NCBI GenBank assembly: GCA_963764165.1
Contig: CAVXRD010000002.1
Location: 672,001-736,000, forward strand
Direction of reading: 5' to 3'
DNA from: an uncultured Verrucomicrobiae bacterium
GTDB taxonomy: Bacteria; Verrucomicrobiota; Verrucomicrobiia; Limisphaerales; Palsa-1400
DNA length: 64,000 nt
Shown here: positions 28,212 through 38,244 of the stretch, piece by piece
How positions within the stretch are numbered: the first letter of the stretch is position 1
Layout of the letters: every line of letters begins with the position of its first letter
Translations under genes and position numbers: made by a program
The notes under the pieces: model-generated
What the model saw: the letters and a program-made list of their open reading frames with translations, nothing else
What the model was told of the DNA's origin: nothing
Databases searched by the model: none

Positions 28212-29294
28212 ATGAGCGATTCAGCAGGAGATAAAACAGAGAAACCGACAGGCAAACGCCTGGAGGAAGCGATCACCAAAGGCCAGATTGCCCGCAGCCC
28301 GGAAGTGCAAACGGTATTTGTGCTCGGCGCCGCCATGATGGCGCTGAGCTGGACCGGCCGCGAAATGTGGCGCACGATGAGCCTTTCAGTCAGGTCCTCG
28401 CTCGGACACCTGCACGACACCGACGTGACGCTGGACGCGATGCAGGGCCACGCCATCACCGGCGCGTTGACGCTGGGCCATTGCGTCTGGCCCGTGATGC
28501 TCGCCACGGTTGTTGGCGGCATTCTGGCTGGAGGCATCCAGACCCGCTTTCGCGCCACGCCGGAAGCCATTAACTTTAGCTTCGACAAATTGAACCCGGT
28601 GCAAGGGTTCAAGCGCATATTCTCGACCCGCGCAGGCGTGGCCACCGGATTGGGAGTGCTGAAGCTCTCGGTCATCGTCGCGCTCTGCTACAGCGTCATC
28701 CAAAGCATCCTGAACGACCCGATTTTTTTCACATCCATCAATGTGGAAAGGATTGCCGCGTTCATGGCAGATTCTTCCTTCAAAATCGTCACCCGGGTCG
28801 GCTTCGCGCTCTTTGTGCTGGCAGGAGCGGATTATGGTTATCGTTATTGGCAGCAAGGCGAAGATCTCAAAATGACCAAACAGGAGGTCAAGGACGAAGC
28901 CAAAAGCTCCGAAGGCGATCCGACGATGAAAGGGCGCATCCGCCGTCGCCGAATGACGATGAGCAAACGCAAGATGCTTGCGCAAGTGCCTAAGGCTGAC
29001 GTCATTGTGACGAATCCAACCCACATCGCCATTGCTCTTCGCTATGATCGAAAAACCATGAAAGCGCCGAAGATCGTGGCGAAGGGAATTCGTTTCAACG
29101 CACTGCAAATTCGCCAGATCGCGGCCGAGCACCAGGTGCCGATTGTTGAAAACAAGCCTCTGGCCCGCTTGATGTTCAAATACGGCAAGGTCGATGGCGA
29201 GATTCCTGCTCAGTTATATGCCGCCGTGGCTGAGATATTGGCCTGGGTGTATCGCGTCAATGCCTACCGGTATTACCGCGAACAAAATATGTAA
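28212..29294 (+). CDS. flhB: Export switch protein FlhB
   Basis: KTEKPT, MTKQEVKDE.K.SEGDP, TNPTH autocleavage motif. Confidence 0.97.
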   Translation: MSDSAGDKTEKPTGKRLEEAITKGQIARSPEVQTVFVLGAAMMALSWTGREMWRTMSLSVRSSLGHLHDTDVTLDAMQGHAITGALTLGHCVWPVMLATVVGGILAGGIQTRFRATPEAINFSFDKLNPVQGFKRIFSTRAGVATGLGVLKLSVIVALCYSVIQSILNDPIFFTSINVERIAAFMADSSFKIVTRVGFALFVLAGADYGYRYWQQGEDLKMTKQEVKDEAKSSEGDPTMKGRIRRRRMTMSKRKMLAQVPKADVIVTNPTHIAIALRYDRKTMKAPKIVAKGIRFNALQIRQIAAEHQVPIVENKPLARLMFKYGKVDGEIPAQLYAAVAEILAWVYRVNAYRYYREQNM

Positions 29295-29301
29295 CTGAGT
29301 T

Positions 29302-31410
29302 ATGGCAGTGGCAAAAGTCAAAACGCCGAACGCGAGCATGGCGCGCCTTCTTAAGAACGGCGACCTCCTGCTCATTGGCGGCATGTTCGGCACGGTGATG
29401 CTGATGATCCTTCCGGTTCATCCGCTGTTGCTGGACGGTTTTCTCGCGATCAGCATCGCGCTTTCCCTTTTGATCCTGCTGGCGATCCTTTACGTGAAGG
29501 AGCCGGCGGAATTCACTGGCTTCCCCACCCTGCTCCTTTTCGTCACGCTTTACCGGCTTTCGCTCAACGTGGCCTCGACGCGCCTCATTCTTCTTGACGG
29601 TTATGCAGGGCACATTATCGAGACTTTTGGGAATTATGTGGTGCATGGGAATTATGTCGTCGGACTGGTGATTTTCCTCATTTTGGTGTTGATCAATTTC
29701 ATCGTCATCACCAAGGGCGCGGGGCGCATCGCTGAAGTCGCGGCACGCTTCACCTTGGACGCTATGCCTGGCAAACAGATGGCCATCGACGCGGAGTTGA
29801 ACGCAGGCATCATCAAGGAGGACGAAGCTCGCACCCGCAGGCGCGCGGTCGAGCAGGAAGCGGATTTTTACGGCGCAATGGACGGCGCGAGCAAATTCGT
29901 CCGCGGCGACGCCATTGCTGCCATTCTGATCACGCTCATCAACGTGCTCGGCGGCTTCGCCATTGGCATCATGCAAAAAGGGATGACAGTGAACGAAGCC
30001 TTGCAACGCTTCACGTTGCTCTCCATCGGTGACGGCTTGGTCTCGCAAATCCCGGCGCTCATCACTTCGACGGCGGCGGGCATTCTCGTGACACGCGCCG
30101 CCGCCAAAGAGGAACTCGGCAGCGAACTGACCAAACAGCTTCTCTCATATCCCAAAGTCATGACGCTCCTGACCGTCATGCTCGTGATATTTGCGATCAT
30201 CCCGGGTTTGCCAATGATTCCGTTTCTCGTCCTGGCGAGCATCACCGGCTTTCTTGCCTACAGCATGAAAAATGATTCCATGGCGCCGAGACCGCTGGCC
30301 CCGGGTGCCCTTGCCAATCAACCGGCGGGGACGGCTCCGGCTCGCGCCAATGCTTCCGCCACTCCGGAAAAACTGGAAACGCTCCTCAATCTTGACGCGC
30401 TGCAAATCGAACTTGGCTACGGCCTCATCAATCTGGCCGATGCGCGCAAAGGCGGTGATTTGCTGGAGCGCGTCACCGGCGTGCGAAAGACGTTCGCGCA
30501 GGAAATGGGTGTGATTATCCCGCCGATTCGTTTGCGCGATAATTTGCAATTGGAAGCAAACCGCTACCGATTCCTGTTGAAAGGCAACGCAATTGTGGAA
30601 GGGGAATTGATGCCAGGCCATTGGCTGGCGATGAACGCCTCCAACAGCAAAGTCGTGCTCAAGGGCATGCCAACGGTGGAGCCGGTCTTCAAATTGCCCG
30701 CCACCTGGATCACCGAAACCGAGCGCAAAAACGCCGAAGTCGCCGGTTACACGGTGGTGGACGCGCCATCCGTTTTGGTCACGCATTTGTCAGAAGTAGT
30801 CAAGCGCAACTGCCACGAAATCCTCAGCCGCCAGGATGTTCAAAACCTCCTCGATAATCTCAAGACAACGCATCCGACAGTTGTATCCGAATTGATTCCC
30901 AGCCAGCTCAACGTCGGCCAGGTCCAACGCATTCTGCAGAACTTGCTGGCCGAGGGCGTGGCGATTCGGAATCTCGCGGGAATTTTGGAAAAGGTCAGCG
31001 ATTATACGAACACGACCAAGAATCCCGATGAGCTTTCAGAACACGCCCGGCGCGCGCTCGGCTCGCAAATCGTAAAGCCGTACCAATCCGAAAAAGGCGG
31101 CCTGCAAGCTATCACGCTCGATCCCCGCCTCGAACAGCAAATCGCCCAAGGCGTCCGCCAGACGCCGAACGAAATATCGTTGACAATGGAGCCGAGGCTG
31201 GCGCGGCACGTGGTGGACTCGCTCTCGCAGAAATTGCAGCACATTCTCAGCGCGGGCCAGGCGCCGGTTATCTTGTGCGCGCCGCAAATCCGGCTTGCCT
31301 TCCGCCGTTTTTTCGAAACGACATTTTCTGAATTAACAGTGCTTGCTTACACGGAGATCCCTTCGCGGGTTGAGGTGCAAAGCAGCGGCACGATACCTTG
31401 CTTGGAATAA
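29302..31410 (+). CDS. flhA: Export apparatus protein FlhA
   Basis: TKGAGRIAEVAARFTLDAMPGKQMAIDA, GAMDGASKFVRGDA, GDGLVSQIP. Confidence 0.98.
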   Translation: MAVAKVKTPNASMARLLKNGDLLLIGGMFGTVMLMILPVHPLLLDGFLAISIALSLLILLAILYVKEPAEFTGFPTLLLFVTLYRLSLNVASTRLILLDGYAGHIIETFGNYVVHGNYVVGLVIFLILVLINFIVITKGAGRIAEVAARFTLDAMPGKQMAIDAELNAGIIKEDEARTRRRAVEQEADFYGAMDGASKFVRGDAIAAILITLINVLGGFAIGIMQKGMTVNEALQRFTLLSIGDGLVSQIPALITSTAAGILVTRAAAKEELGSELTKQLLSYPKVMTLLTVMLVIFAIIPGLPMIPFLVLASITGFLAYSMKNDSMAPRPLAPGALANQPAGTAPARANASATPEKLETLLNLDALQIELGYGLINLADARKGGDLLERVTGVRKTFAQEMGVIIPPIRLRDNLQLEANRYRFLLKGNAIVEGELMPGHWLAMNASNSKVVLKGMPTVEPVFKLPATWITETERKNAEVAGYTVVDAPSVLVTHLSEVVKRNCHEILSRQDVQNLLDNLKTTHPTVVSELIPSQLNVGQVQRILQNLLAEGVAIRNLAGILEKVSDYTNTTKNPDELSEHARRALGSQIVKPYQSEKGGLQAITLDPRLEQQIAQGVRQTPNEISLTMEPRLARHVVDSLSQKLQHILSAGQAPVILCAPQIRLAFRRFFETTFSELTVLAYTEIPSRVEVQSSGTIPCLE

Positions 31411-31411
31411 A

Positions 31412-32455
31412 ATGAGCCAGCCCATGACGGAACCCATTCCCTTCATAGCATCCACGCCGGAAGATGCGGCGGCGCAAATTCGCGCGAAGCTCGGGCCGGA
31501 CGCCGTCGTGCAGAATGTCCGCCCCATCAAGGCGCAGGGACTCTCGCGCCTGTGGCAGAAGCCGATGATCGAAGTGATGGCCTCCCGGCCGGAGATGCCT
31601 CCCCTTCCTCCTGCGCCCGCTCCACAGTCCCCGGCGGTCGAGAAAACGATTGCCAGTTTTCGCCAGGAGCTGGAGGAAATCCGCCAGCAAGTCGATTTGA
31701 ACAACAGCGGCTGGCGCGTGGCCGGCCTATTGCAAAAAACAGGGCTGCTCCCGTTGCATACCCAGCGCGTGCTTGACGCCATTAAAACAGTTCACGGTGA
31801 AATGCCGCCAGCCACACTGACCGAAGAAATTGATTTCGCGCGCAGTGAATTGTCGAAGAGCTGGCGCGCGCCGATGCGGATTGGGCCACATTCCACCCAC
31901 GTGCTGGTGGGGCCTTCGGGTTCCGGGAAATCGACCGTCTTGTGCAAATGGCTTACGCAATGCGTCCTCTTGGAAGGCCGCATGGCGCGCCTTTGGCGGC
32001 TGGACAGCGCGACGGCGAACACCGCAGAATTCACGGGCTTTCACGCTGAGGCTCTGGGCACTGAAGTGGAGCGTTGTTGGACAACGAACGCAATGCCGCT
32101 CGCCGAAGACATCGGCTTTATCGACTTGCCCGGCGTCGACTGGCGGAATCCGCTCGCCATTGGTGAGTTATCAGTGCAATTGCAGCGCTTAAGCTCGCCG
32201 CACATTCACCTGGTCCTGAACGGCGCATACGACATCCATGTGCTCCTGGCCCAGACCCGCGCCTTCGCCAAATTGCCTCTCGAAGATTTAGTCATCAGCC
32301 ACCTCGACGAAGAAAGCCAGTGGGGCAAATTGTGGAACTTGACACTTGGAACCGGGCTCCCGATTCGGCATTTGAGCGCTGGCCCGAATATCCCCGGGGA
32401 TTATTATGAAGCGACGGCGGAAAGGCTGCTATCGCGGCAATTTGCCAGGGCCTGA
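31412..32455 (+). CDS. flhF: FlhF-like SRP-family GTPase (divergent)
   Basis: IRAKLGPDAVV N-terminus, GPSGSGKST P-loop, DLPG, SHLDE, GPNIPGD; follows flhA. Confidence 0.8.
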   Translation: MSQPMTEPIPFIASTPEDAAAQIRAKLGPDAVVQNVRPIKAQGLSRLWQKPMIEVMASRPEMPPLPPAPAPQSPAVEKTIASFRQELEEIRQQVDLNNSGWRVAGLLQKTGLLPLHTQRVLDAIKTVHGEMPPATLTEEIDFARSELSKSWRAPMRIGPHSTHVLVGPSGSGKSTVLCKWLTQCVLLEGRMARLWRLDSATANTAEFTGFHAEALGTEVERCWTTNAMPLAEDIGFIDLPGVDWRNPLAIGELSVQLQRLSSPHIHLVLNGAYDIHVLLAQTRAFAKLPLEDLVISHLDEESQWGKLWNLTLGTGLPIRHLSAGPNIPGDYYEATAERLLSRQFARA

Positions 32456-32720
32456 ACTCCCGCTGGATTAACGCAACCGTTTTGACAACAGTTTGGAACT
32501 GTTGGAAAGCTCTGGCATATGAGCAAAGTTATTACGCCTCACTTCGAGCGGCTTTCAGATAGGTTTGGGGCCACTGGGAGATTTAATAACAAACTGAAGT
32601 CATTCGAGCCGGATTTGCACCTGCTGGAAGAGATATGGCCTTGCAATAAAAGGTCTTGCAATAAAATGAGATGCGCCCTCAACCGAATAGAACCGTGCCT
32701 GTGACAAACTGAATCACTGC

Positions 32721-33686
32721 TCACTGCATCAGGCTGGCCCGATAGGGGGCATCCCAGATTACGTCCGGGAGGAGCGGCTCGTGTTCGCCGCCGGTGGAAG
32801 GATTGTCCTGCAGATACTTGGTCCGGTAGAAGTAGGCATGGCCATCCAGGAAACTCAGGACGGTGCCTTTGTCATGGCGGGAGGCCACGCTGTTCTGCCG
32901 GTCAGCCGGGTTGACCGAATTGTATTGCGGCGAGTTGTTCACCACTTCGCTGACCGGATCAAAAACCTGATCGTAGATAAACACGGTGGCGCTGGGCCGG
33001 GCAAATGACGCTATCTTCGGCATGTACGGGTAGGCGAATGCATTGCCGCCGTCCTCGCCATCGGTGCTGTCGCTGCGCTTGAGGTCGCAGTTCATGACGT
33101 AACAAAAGAAGCCTGCGCCGCCAGGCAGGTTATTGGGTGAATTGTCACACGGGGAAAGGATGTTCTCAACGGTGCTTTCAGCCATGGTTGCCGTCGGGCA
33201 CATCCAGATGGGCCCGATTCCGTTCCCAGGGAAAGGCAGGTACTTGGTCACCTTGCCTCCCGTGGTGCCCCGTCCTCCGTTAAGATTATCCTCATAGTAG
33301 GACAGCGAGTGATCCTTCATGTAGGGGGGCAGGACGGTGAACCAGGCGTAGGGGTCATTCGGCCTCCCGCTCGCTCCTCCGGGGATATTCTGTTGGTCGG
33401 CTTGTCCGCACCAGCTGGGGCCGCCTTGCAGCAGGGACGAGCAAAACCCATCGGTTGGCAGCGAATCGCGGCTGTCCGAGGCGTACATCTGCCCCGAGAG
33501 GCCCCATTGCCGGAGGTTGGACGTGCATTGCGTGCGCTGCGCTTTCACCTTGGCCTGCGCGAGCGCTGGCAGCAGCAGGGCCGCCAGGATCGCGATGATC
33601 GCGATGACCACCAATAGTTCGATAAGGGTGAACGCACCCGCCTTGCGGCGTGGCGCGCTCATTGTGACTGTATTTTTTCTAACCAT
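32721..33686 (-). CDS. Prepilin-type N-methylation / H-X9-DG domain protein (DUF1559-like)
   Basis: [41 protein letters not shown]. Confidence 0.92.
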   Translation of the reverse strand: MVRKNTVTMSAPRRKAGAFTLIELLVVIAIIAILAALLLPALAQAKVKAQRTQCTSNLRQWGLSGQMYASDSRDSLPTDGFCSSLLQGGPSWCGQADQQNIPGGASGRPNDPYAWFTVLPPYMKDHSLSYYEDNLNGGRGTTGGKVTKYLPFPGNGIGPIWMCPTATMAESTVENILSPCDNSPNNLPGGAGFFCYVMNCDLKRSDSTDGEDGGNAFAYPYMPKIASFARPSATVFIYDQVFDPVSEVVNNSPQYNSVNPADRQNSVASRHDKGTVLSFLDGHAYFYRTKYLQDNPSTGGEHEPLLPDVIWDAPYRASLMQ

Positions 33687-33704
33687 AAGTTACCACCTGT
33701 AACG

Positions 33705-36026
33705 CTAGGGGCTGGTGACCTCGAAGAACTTGGCTGGCGTGCCGGGGCTGACGGGTTGGCTGTAAGCCCCGTTGGTGGGGTAGTAGGTCAGGCCAAAAGT
33801 TTCATTCGTCCAAGGACCAAGCAGGTTGGTGGCACTGTAGACACTATAGGTGGCCCCGCCGACAGGCGCCCAGCCCATCGTCGCCGTCGCGTTCGTTTCA
33901 CCAATCGAGAGGCTGAACGGCGCCGGGCTGCTGACCAGGTAATCTTCATAGCGCGACGGAATCACTTCATTATAGTGAGCACTGTAAGGCGCGATGATGC
34001 CTGTCAACTGGGCGCAAAACGTGGGAATGGGCTTGCCATTAAACTCATTCGTCGTGCCGGTGAGATTATAGGAGGGTTGGAAGAGTTCCATTACGTAGGT
34101 GTTCGTTACGCCGTTCGTTACGGTGCCATAAGGCGTGCCAACCGTGAAATACAATTGAGTGTAGCTGTTGGTGGCGAATACGCCTCCGGGGCCATTGTGA
34201 GTGCCACTATTTGCGCCGAAGGCACCCCCATTTGAGGTGCCGTAAAGGTAACAATTTGTGAAGGTAACTACAGAACAGGAGTAACGCAACGAGTTGGTGC
34301 CGTAAGGTTGGGAAGCCAAATTAGTCCATATGGGATTGCCCAAGAATGGACGAATGGGAACCGGAGGAGTGGCGTTAGTGACAATCGCAGACGCCGTGGT
34401 GGGCGCAATTTCAAGGGTGCCATAATAAGTTTCCAGCGGGCCGGAAATCGTCACATACGTGCCAATCGGAGGCGTGTTGGTGTTGCCATGCAGACCAAGA
34501 TAAACTTCGCAGCCGTAGCCATTGGTGTCCTGAATGAAGAACTCGCTGTAGGTGCTTCCATAACCATGCCAAACGCTGACAAAACCACTGATGACCACAT
34601 TGTTCGTGTTGATGTAAAAAGTTCCGCTCTCGGCGGCGGGATTCGCCGCGATGGTGTTGTTATAGAAAACGTGAATCTGCTCCAAGGTGGCGACCAGCGG
34701 AGCGATTTCAACGAGCGTGTTGGTGGGACCATAGGCGCTGGAGCCGCCACCGGCCGAGCTGGAAGCAACTACATAATATTGTCCCGGGGCGGTCAAGTCG
34801 GCGAGGTAAACCGCGTAGGAAGGGCTATTCGGCCCAACGGGCACGAAGGTGGCGCCGGCGTTGGTGGCCTGATGATACCATTGATAAGTGATCGGGCCGG
34901 TGCCGGAAGCCGGATCAGTGAATGTGGTTGTCTGGAACAGGTTGTTGGTCGCCGTCACCGCCGTCACGCTCGGGGCGAAGAAGACCGGTGTGTAGGTGGT
35001 GATGACGGTTTCGATGGCAGTGTCGCTGGTGGTGGAGTTGCCATTGGCATCCGTTGCCACAACATAATAACCATCGGTGGCCGCCAAAGACGTCACTTCC
35101 AGGACGTTGCTGGACGAGCCAATATACTCGCCGTTGTCGCTCAGGGCGCCATAAGTGGTCGAATACCACTGATAGGTCACATCGGAGCCAGCCGCCAATG
35201 CGGTGAAGGTCTCGGAGTTGCCCGAATAATTGGTGCCTGATTCCGGTTGGACGCCGAATACCGGCGCCGAGGGCGCGGAATAAACATCCTGGAAGGTTGT
35301 TCCCACGATCAGATTGCTGATCCCAGCATTGATGTAAGGGTCGAATTCGATGCCGGTGATCTCGATGTTGCTCACGTTGGTGTTGACGGCGGCGTCAAGA
35401 CCGTAGACAAAACCATTGTATTCGGTGTCGCCGGCCTCCAAATTGGCGTAGTCCTGCAAGGACGGGTCGATCATCAGGTTGGCGCCTTCCGTCACCGAAC
35501 CCACGGCCGTGTCATAAGCAATGACAATTTCGTAGGTGACATTCGTGGCGAGATCCATGGGGAACGTCACCGGCGGCTGGAGGTTCGAGAAGGAGACGGA
35601 AAAATTCGCAATGCTCAGACGGTAGGTGCCGGGAATGAGGCTTTCAGAACTGCTGATAAAAACATTGCAGCAAAGATTTTTATTGGTGCTGACGAACGAG
35701 CAGAAATAACCATCGGAGGTGGTGGATGGCGCTTTGCTTACGTTGAGGGAGAAGCTCGCCCACACAATTGAGCCGTTGGTCGCGTTGTAGAAGCCATTGG
35801 TCGGTGTGGCGACGGAATCATTATTCGTCGTACTAAAATAAATGACGTCGTTGCTGACGAGAATGTCACAGTTGGTTGCGGAAGCCGGGGAATAAACGTA
35901 CCACTGGCCCTGGCCCGCGATAGGGCCGTTGGTGTAGGGGTAATTGGTTGAATCCATCAACAGCACCGACGCGCGCACAGAGGCCGCCGACAGAACGAGC
36001 ATTAACAATAACAGGATTTTTTTCAT
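33705..36026 (-). CDS. Secreted Thr/Asn-rich protein with Ig-like domains and a C-terminal sorting-like domain
   Basis: Signal peptide MKKILLLLMLVLSAASVRA; two YQWY Ig-like units; C-terminus YSVYSATNLLGPWT...KFFEVTSP. Confidence 0.85.
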   Translation of the reverse strand: MKKILLLLMLVLSAASVRASVLLMDSTNYPYTNGPIAGQGQWYVYSPASATNCDILVSNDVIYFSTTNNDSVATPTNGFYNATNGSIVWASFSLNVSKAPSTTSDGYFCSFVSTNKNLCCNVFISSSESLIPGTYRLSIANFSVSFSNLQPPVTFPMDLATNVTYEIVIAYDTAVGSVTEGANLMIDPSLQDYANLEAGDTEYNGFVYGLDAAVNTNVSNIEITGIEFDPYINAGISNLIVGTTFQDVYSAPSAPVFGVQPESGTNYSGNSETFTALAAGSDVTYQWYSTTYGALSDNGEYIGSSSNVLEVTSLAATDGYYVVATDANGNSTTSDTAIETVITTYTPVFFAPSVTAVTATNNLFQTTTFTDPASGTGPITYQWYHQATNAGATFVPVGPNSPSYAVYLADLTAPGQYYVVASSSAGGGSSAYGPTNTLVEIAPLVATLEQIHVFYNNTIAANPAAESGTFYINTNNVVISGFVSVWHGYGSTYSEFFIQDTNGYGCEVYLGLHGNTNTPPIGTYVTISGPLETYYGTLEIAPTTASAIVTNATPPVPIRPFLGNPIWTNLASQPYGTNSLRYSCSVVTFTNCYLYGTSNGGAFGANSGTHNGPGGVFATNSYTQLYFTVGTPYGTVTNGVTNTYVMELFQPSYNLTGTTNEFNGKPIPTFCAQLTGIIAPYSAHYNEVIPSRYEDYLVSSPAPFSLSIGETNATATMGWAPVGGATYSVYSATNLLGPWTNETFGLTYYPTNGAYSQPVSPGTPAKFFEVTSP

Positions 36027-36376
36027 ATTTTGGTCAGAATTTGATATATGCAATTTTGGTCTGCCACACTACCACCGGAAGCCAAGGGTGCAATGACGAC
36101 AGCGTGACAATCGGGTGAAATCGCTGCTGCGTCGGGGGTCGGCGCACCGCTCACGATATCCTTGATCGCGTCTGCTGAGCCCATAAAAGCGGCGCTGAAC
36201 ATAATTTTTGGTTTGGCCTAAAAGCCCTGCACTGTCTTTGGCTCCGAAAACGGAGTGAACGCCCTACAAACCTTGAAAGTAGAATATCCCCACCCCTGGT
36301 GTCCAGAATTATTTAAAAAAATCGCCAAATTTTTAATCTTTCAACCTGCATCCTTTGGCGGTTTAATCCGCCCCAT

Positions 36377-37627
36377 ATGAAAATTGTTCTGGCTTACTCG
36401 GGCGGGCTTGATACTTCGGTTCTCCTTTCATGGATCAAGGAAAAATTTTCCGCCGAGGTCATTGCCTTTTGCGCCGATATCGGCCAGGAGGAGGAACTCA
36501 AGGGGCTCGAAAAAAAGGCGCTCAAAACCGGCGCGTCAAAAATTTTCATAGATGATCTCCAGGAGGAATTCGCCCGCGATTTCATCTTCCCCATGATGCA
36601 GGCGGGTGCGATTTACGAGAATCAATACTTCCTCGGCACCAGCATCGCCCGCCCCCTCATCGCAAAGCGGATGATCGAGATCGCCAAGAAGGAAAAAGCC
36701 GACGCCATCGCCCACGGCGCGACCGGCAAAGGCAACGATCAGGTGCGCTTTGAACTCACCGCCGCCGCCCTCGCGCCTCAATTGGAGGTGATCGCCCCGT
36801 GGCGGGACGCTTCGTTCCGCGCGCAATTCCCTGGCCGCGCCGAGATGATCCAATATTGCGAAGACAAATCCATTCCCGTGCAAGCCAGCGCGAAGAAGCC
36901 GTATTCGATGGACCGCAACCTTCTGCACATTTCGTTCGAAGCGGGCATTCTCGAAGATCCGTGGCTGGACGCCTCGTCAGCCGCGCACAAGGAAATGTAT
37001 AAATTGAGCGTCTCGCCGGAAGATGCGCCGGACAAACCGGAGTATGTCACGCTGGAATTCCTCAAGGGCGATTGCATCGCGGTCAACGGAAAATCGCTCA
37101 ATCCGCTGGGCGTGATGAAGATTTTGAACAGGCTCGGCGGCAAACACGGCGTCGGGCGGGTGGACTTGGTGGAAAACCGTTTCGTCGGCATGAAATCGCG
37201 CGGTGTTTACGAAACGCCGGGCGGCTCGATTCTTCATTATGCGCATCGGCAAATGGAGTCCTTGACGATGGATCGCGAAGTGATGCACTTGCGCGACTCG
37301 CTGATTCCGAAGTATGCGGAATTGGTCTATTACGGATTCTGGTTCGCGCCGGAGCGGCTGGCCTTGCAGGCGCTTGTGACGGAAAGCCAAAAAAACGTCA
37401 CCGGCACCGTGCGCGTGAAATTGTACAAGGGGAACATTATAAACGCAGGCCGCAAATCTCCCGTCAGCCTCTACAATCCGCACATTGCCACCATGGAAGC
37501 CGATCCGACCAAAGCCTACAATCAGGACGACGCGACGGGTTTCATACGGCTGAACGGCCTGCGCCTGAAAGTGGCCGCGCAAGTGCATGGGCAGCAAAAG
37601 GGAAGAGCCAACAATCCTGATGAATGA
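36377..37627 (+). CDS. argG: Argininosuccinate synthase
   Basis: [41 protein letters not shown]. Confidence 0.98.
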   Translation: MKIVLAYSGGLDTSVLLSWIKEKFSAEVIAFCADIGQEEELKGLEKKALKTGASKIFIDDLQEEFARDFIFPMMQAGAIYENQYFLGTSIARPLIAKRMIEIAKKEKADAIAHGATGKGNDQVRFELTAAALAPQLEVIAPWRDASFRAQFPGRAEMIQYCEDKSIPVQASAKKPYSMDRNLLHISFEAGILEDPWLDASSAAHKEMYKLSVSPEDAPDKPEYVTLEFLKGDCIAVNGKSLNPLGVMKILNRLGGKHGVGRVDLVENRFVGMKSRGVYETPGGSILHYAHRQMESLTMDREVMHLRDSLIPKYAELVYYGFWFAPERLALQALVTESQKNVTGTVRVKLYKGNIINAGRKSPVSLYNPHIATMEADPTKAYNQDDATGFIRLNGLRLKVAAQVHGQQKGRANNPDE

Positions 37628-37716
37628 ACAGAAGCAAACAAAGGTAACGAAGGGCGGGTAAAGATTTTCAGACAAGCGTTTTTTCCCGCTCTTCGCTCAC
37701 TTCGTTTTCTTCTGTT
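37627..37716. repeat. Palindromic element, left flank of the GxxExxY gene
   Basis: aacagaagcaaacaaaggtaacgaag ... cttcgctcacttcgttttcttctgtt. Confidence 0.88.
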
Positions 37717-37738
37717 AGAATGATTTGAACGCCTTCAT

Positions 37739-38140
37739 ATGCATCCCGTTTTCGAGAAAGCAGATGAGTTGAGCCGGATGGTCATTGGTGCGGCGATTGA
37801 AGTGCATCGCTTGAAGGGGCCAGGCCTGATAGAAAGCATTTATGAAAAGTGTCTGATACGGGAGCTGAGCCTGCGGAATTTGACGGCTGTGAACCAGCGG
37901 CTGGTCAAAATCGAATACAAAGGTATCGAATTTGAAGAACCGCTGCGCTTTGATGTGCTGGTCGAAAACTGCCTGTTGCTTGAACTCAAGTCAGTCCAAG
38001 AATTGATGCCTATTCATAAGGCGCAACTCCTCAGCTACATGAAGCTCTTGGATATTCCAATTGGATTGGTGATCAATTTTCACGAAATGCGGCTCGTGGA
38101 TGGCCTTCACCGGATGATTCTCCCCGGGGCCAATGCATGA
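37739..38140 (+). CDS. GxxExxY protein (PD-(D/E)XK-like nuclease family)
   Basis: AIEVHRLKGPGLIESIYEKCL, RFDVLVE, LELKSV, AQLLSYMK, GLVINF. Confidence 0.95.
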   Translation: MHPVFEKADELSRMVIGAAIEVHRLKGPGLIESIYEKCLIRELSLRNLTAVNQRLVKIEYKGIEFEEPLRFDVLVENCLLLELKSVQELMPIHKAQLLSYMKLLDIPIGLVINFHEMRLVDGLHRMILPGANA

Positions 38141-38146
38141 AGAATT

Positions 38147-38233
38147 AACAGAAGCAAACAAAGGGAACGAAGGGGGACGGATTTTTTTCAAACAGGGTTT
38201 TTTCCAACTTCGTTAACTTCGTTTCCTTCTGTT
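38147..38233. repeat. Palindromic element, right flank of the GxxExxY gene (direct copy of the left one)
   Basis: aacagaagcaaacaaagggaacgaag ... cttcgttaacttcgtttccttctgtt. Confidence 0.88.
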
Positions 38234-38244
38234 AAATCTCCCAT

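Noticed and set aside
14498..31410. Non-flagellar injectisome
   Set aside because: Contains flagellum-specific flgB/C/D/E, fliE, fliL and fliO, and no secretin or needle gene
32519..32704. 61-aa ORF after flhF as a real gene
   Set aside because: No family resemblance and it runs through a MITE end; kept only as part of a scar
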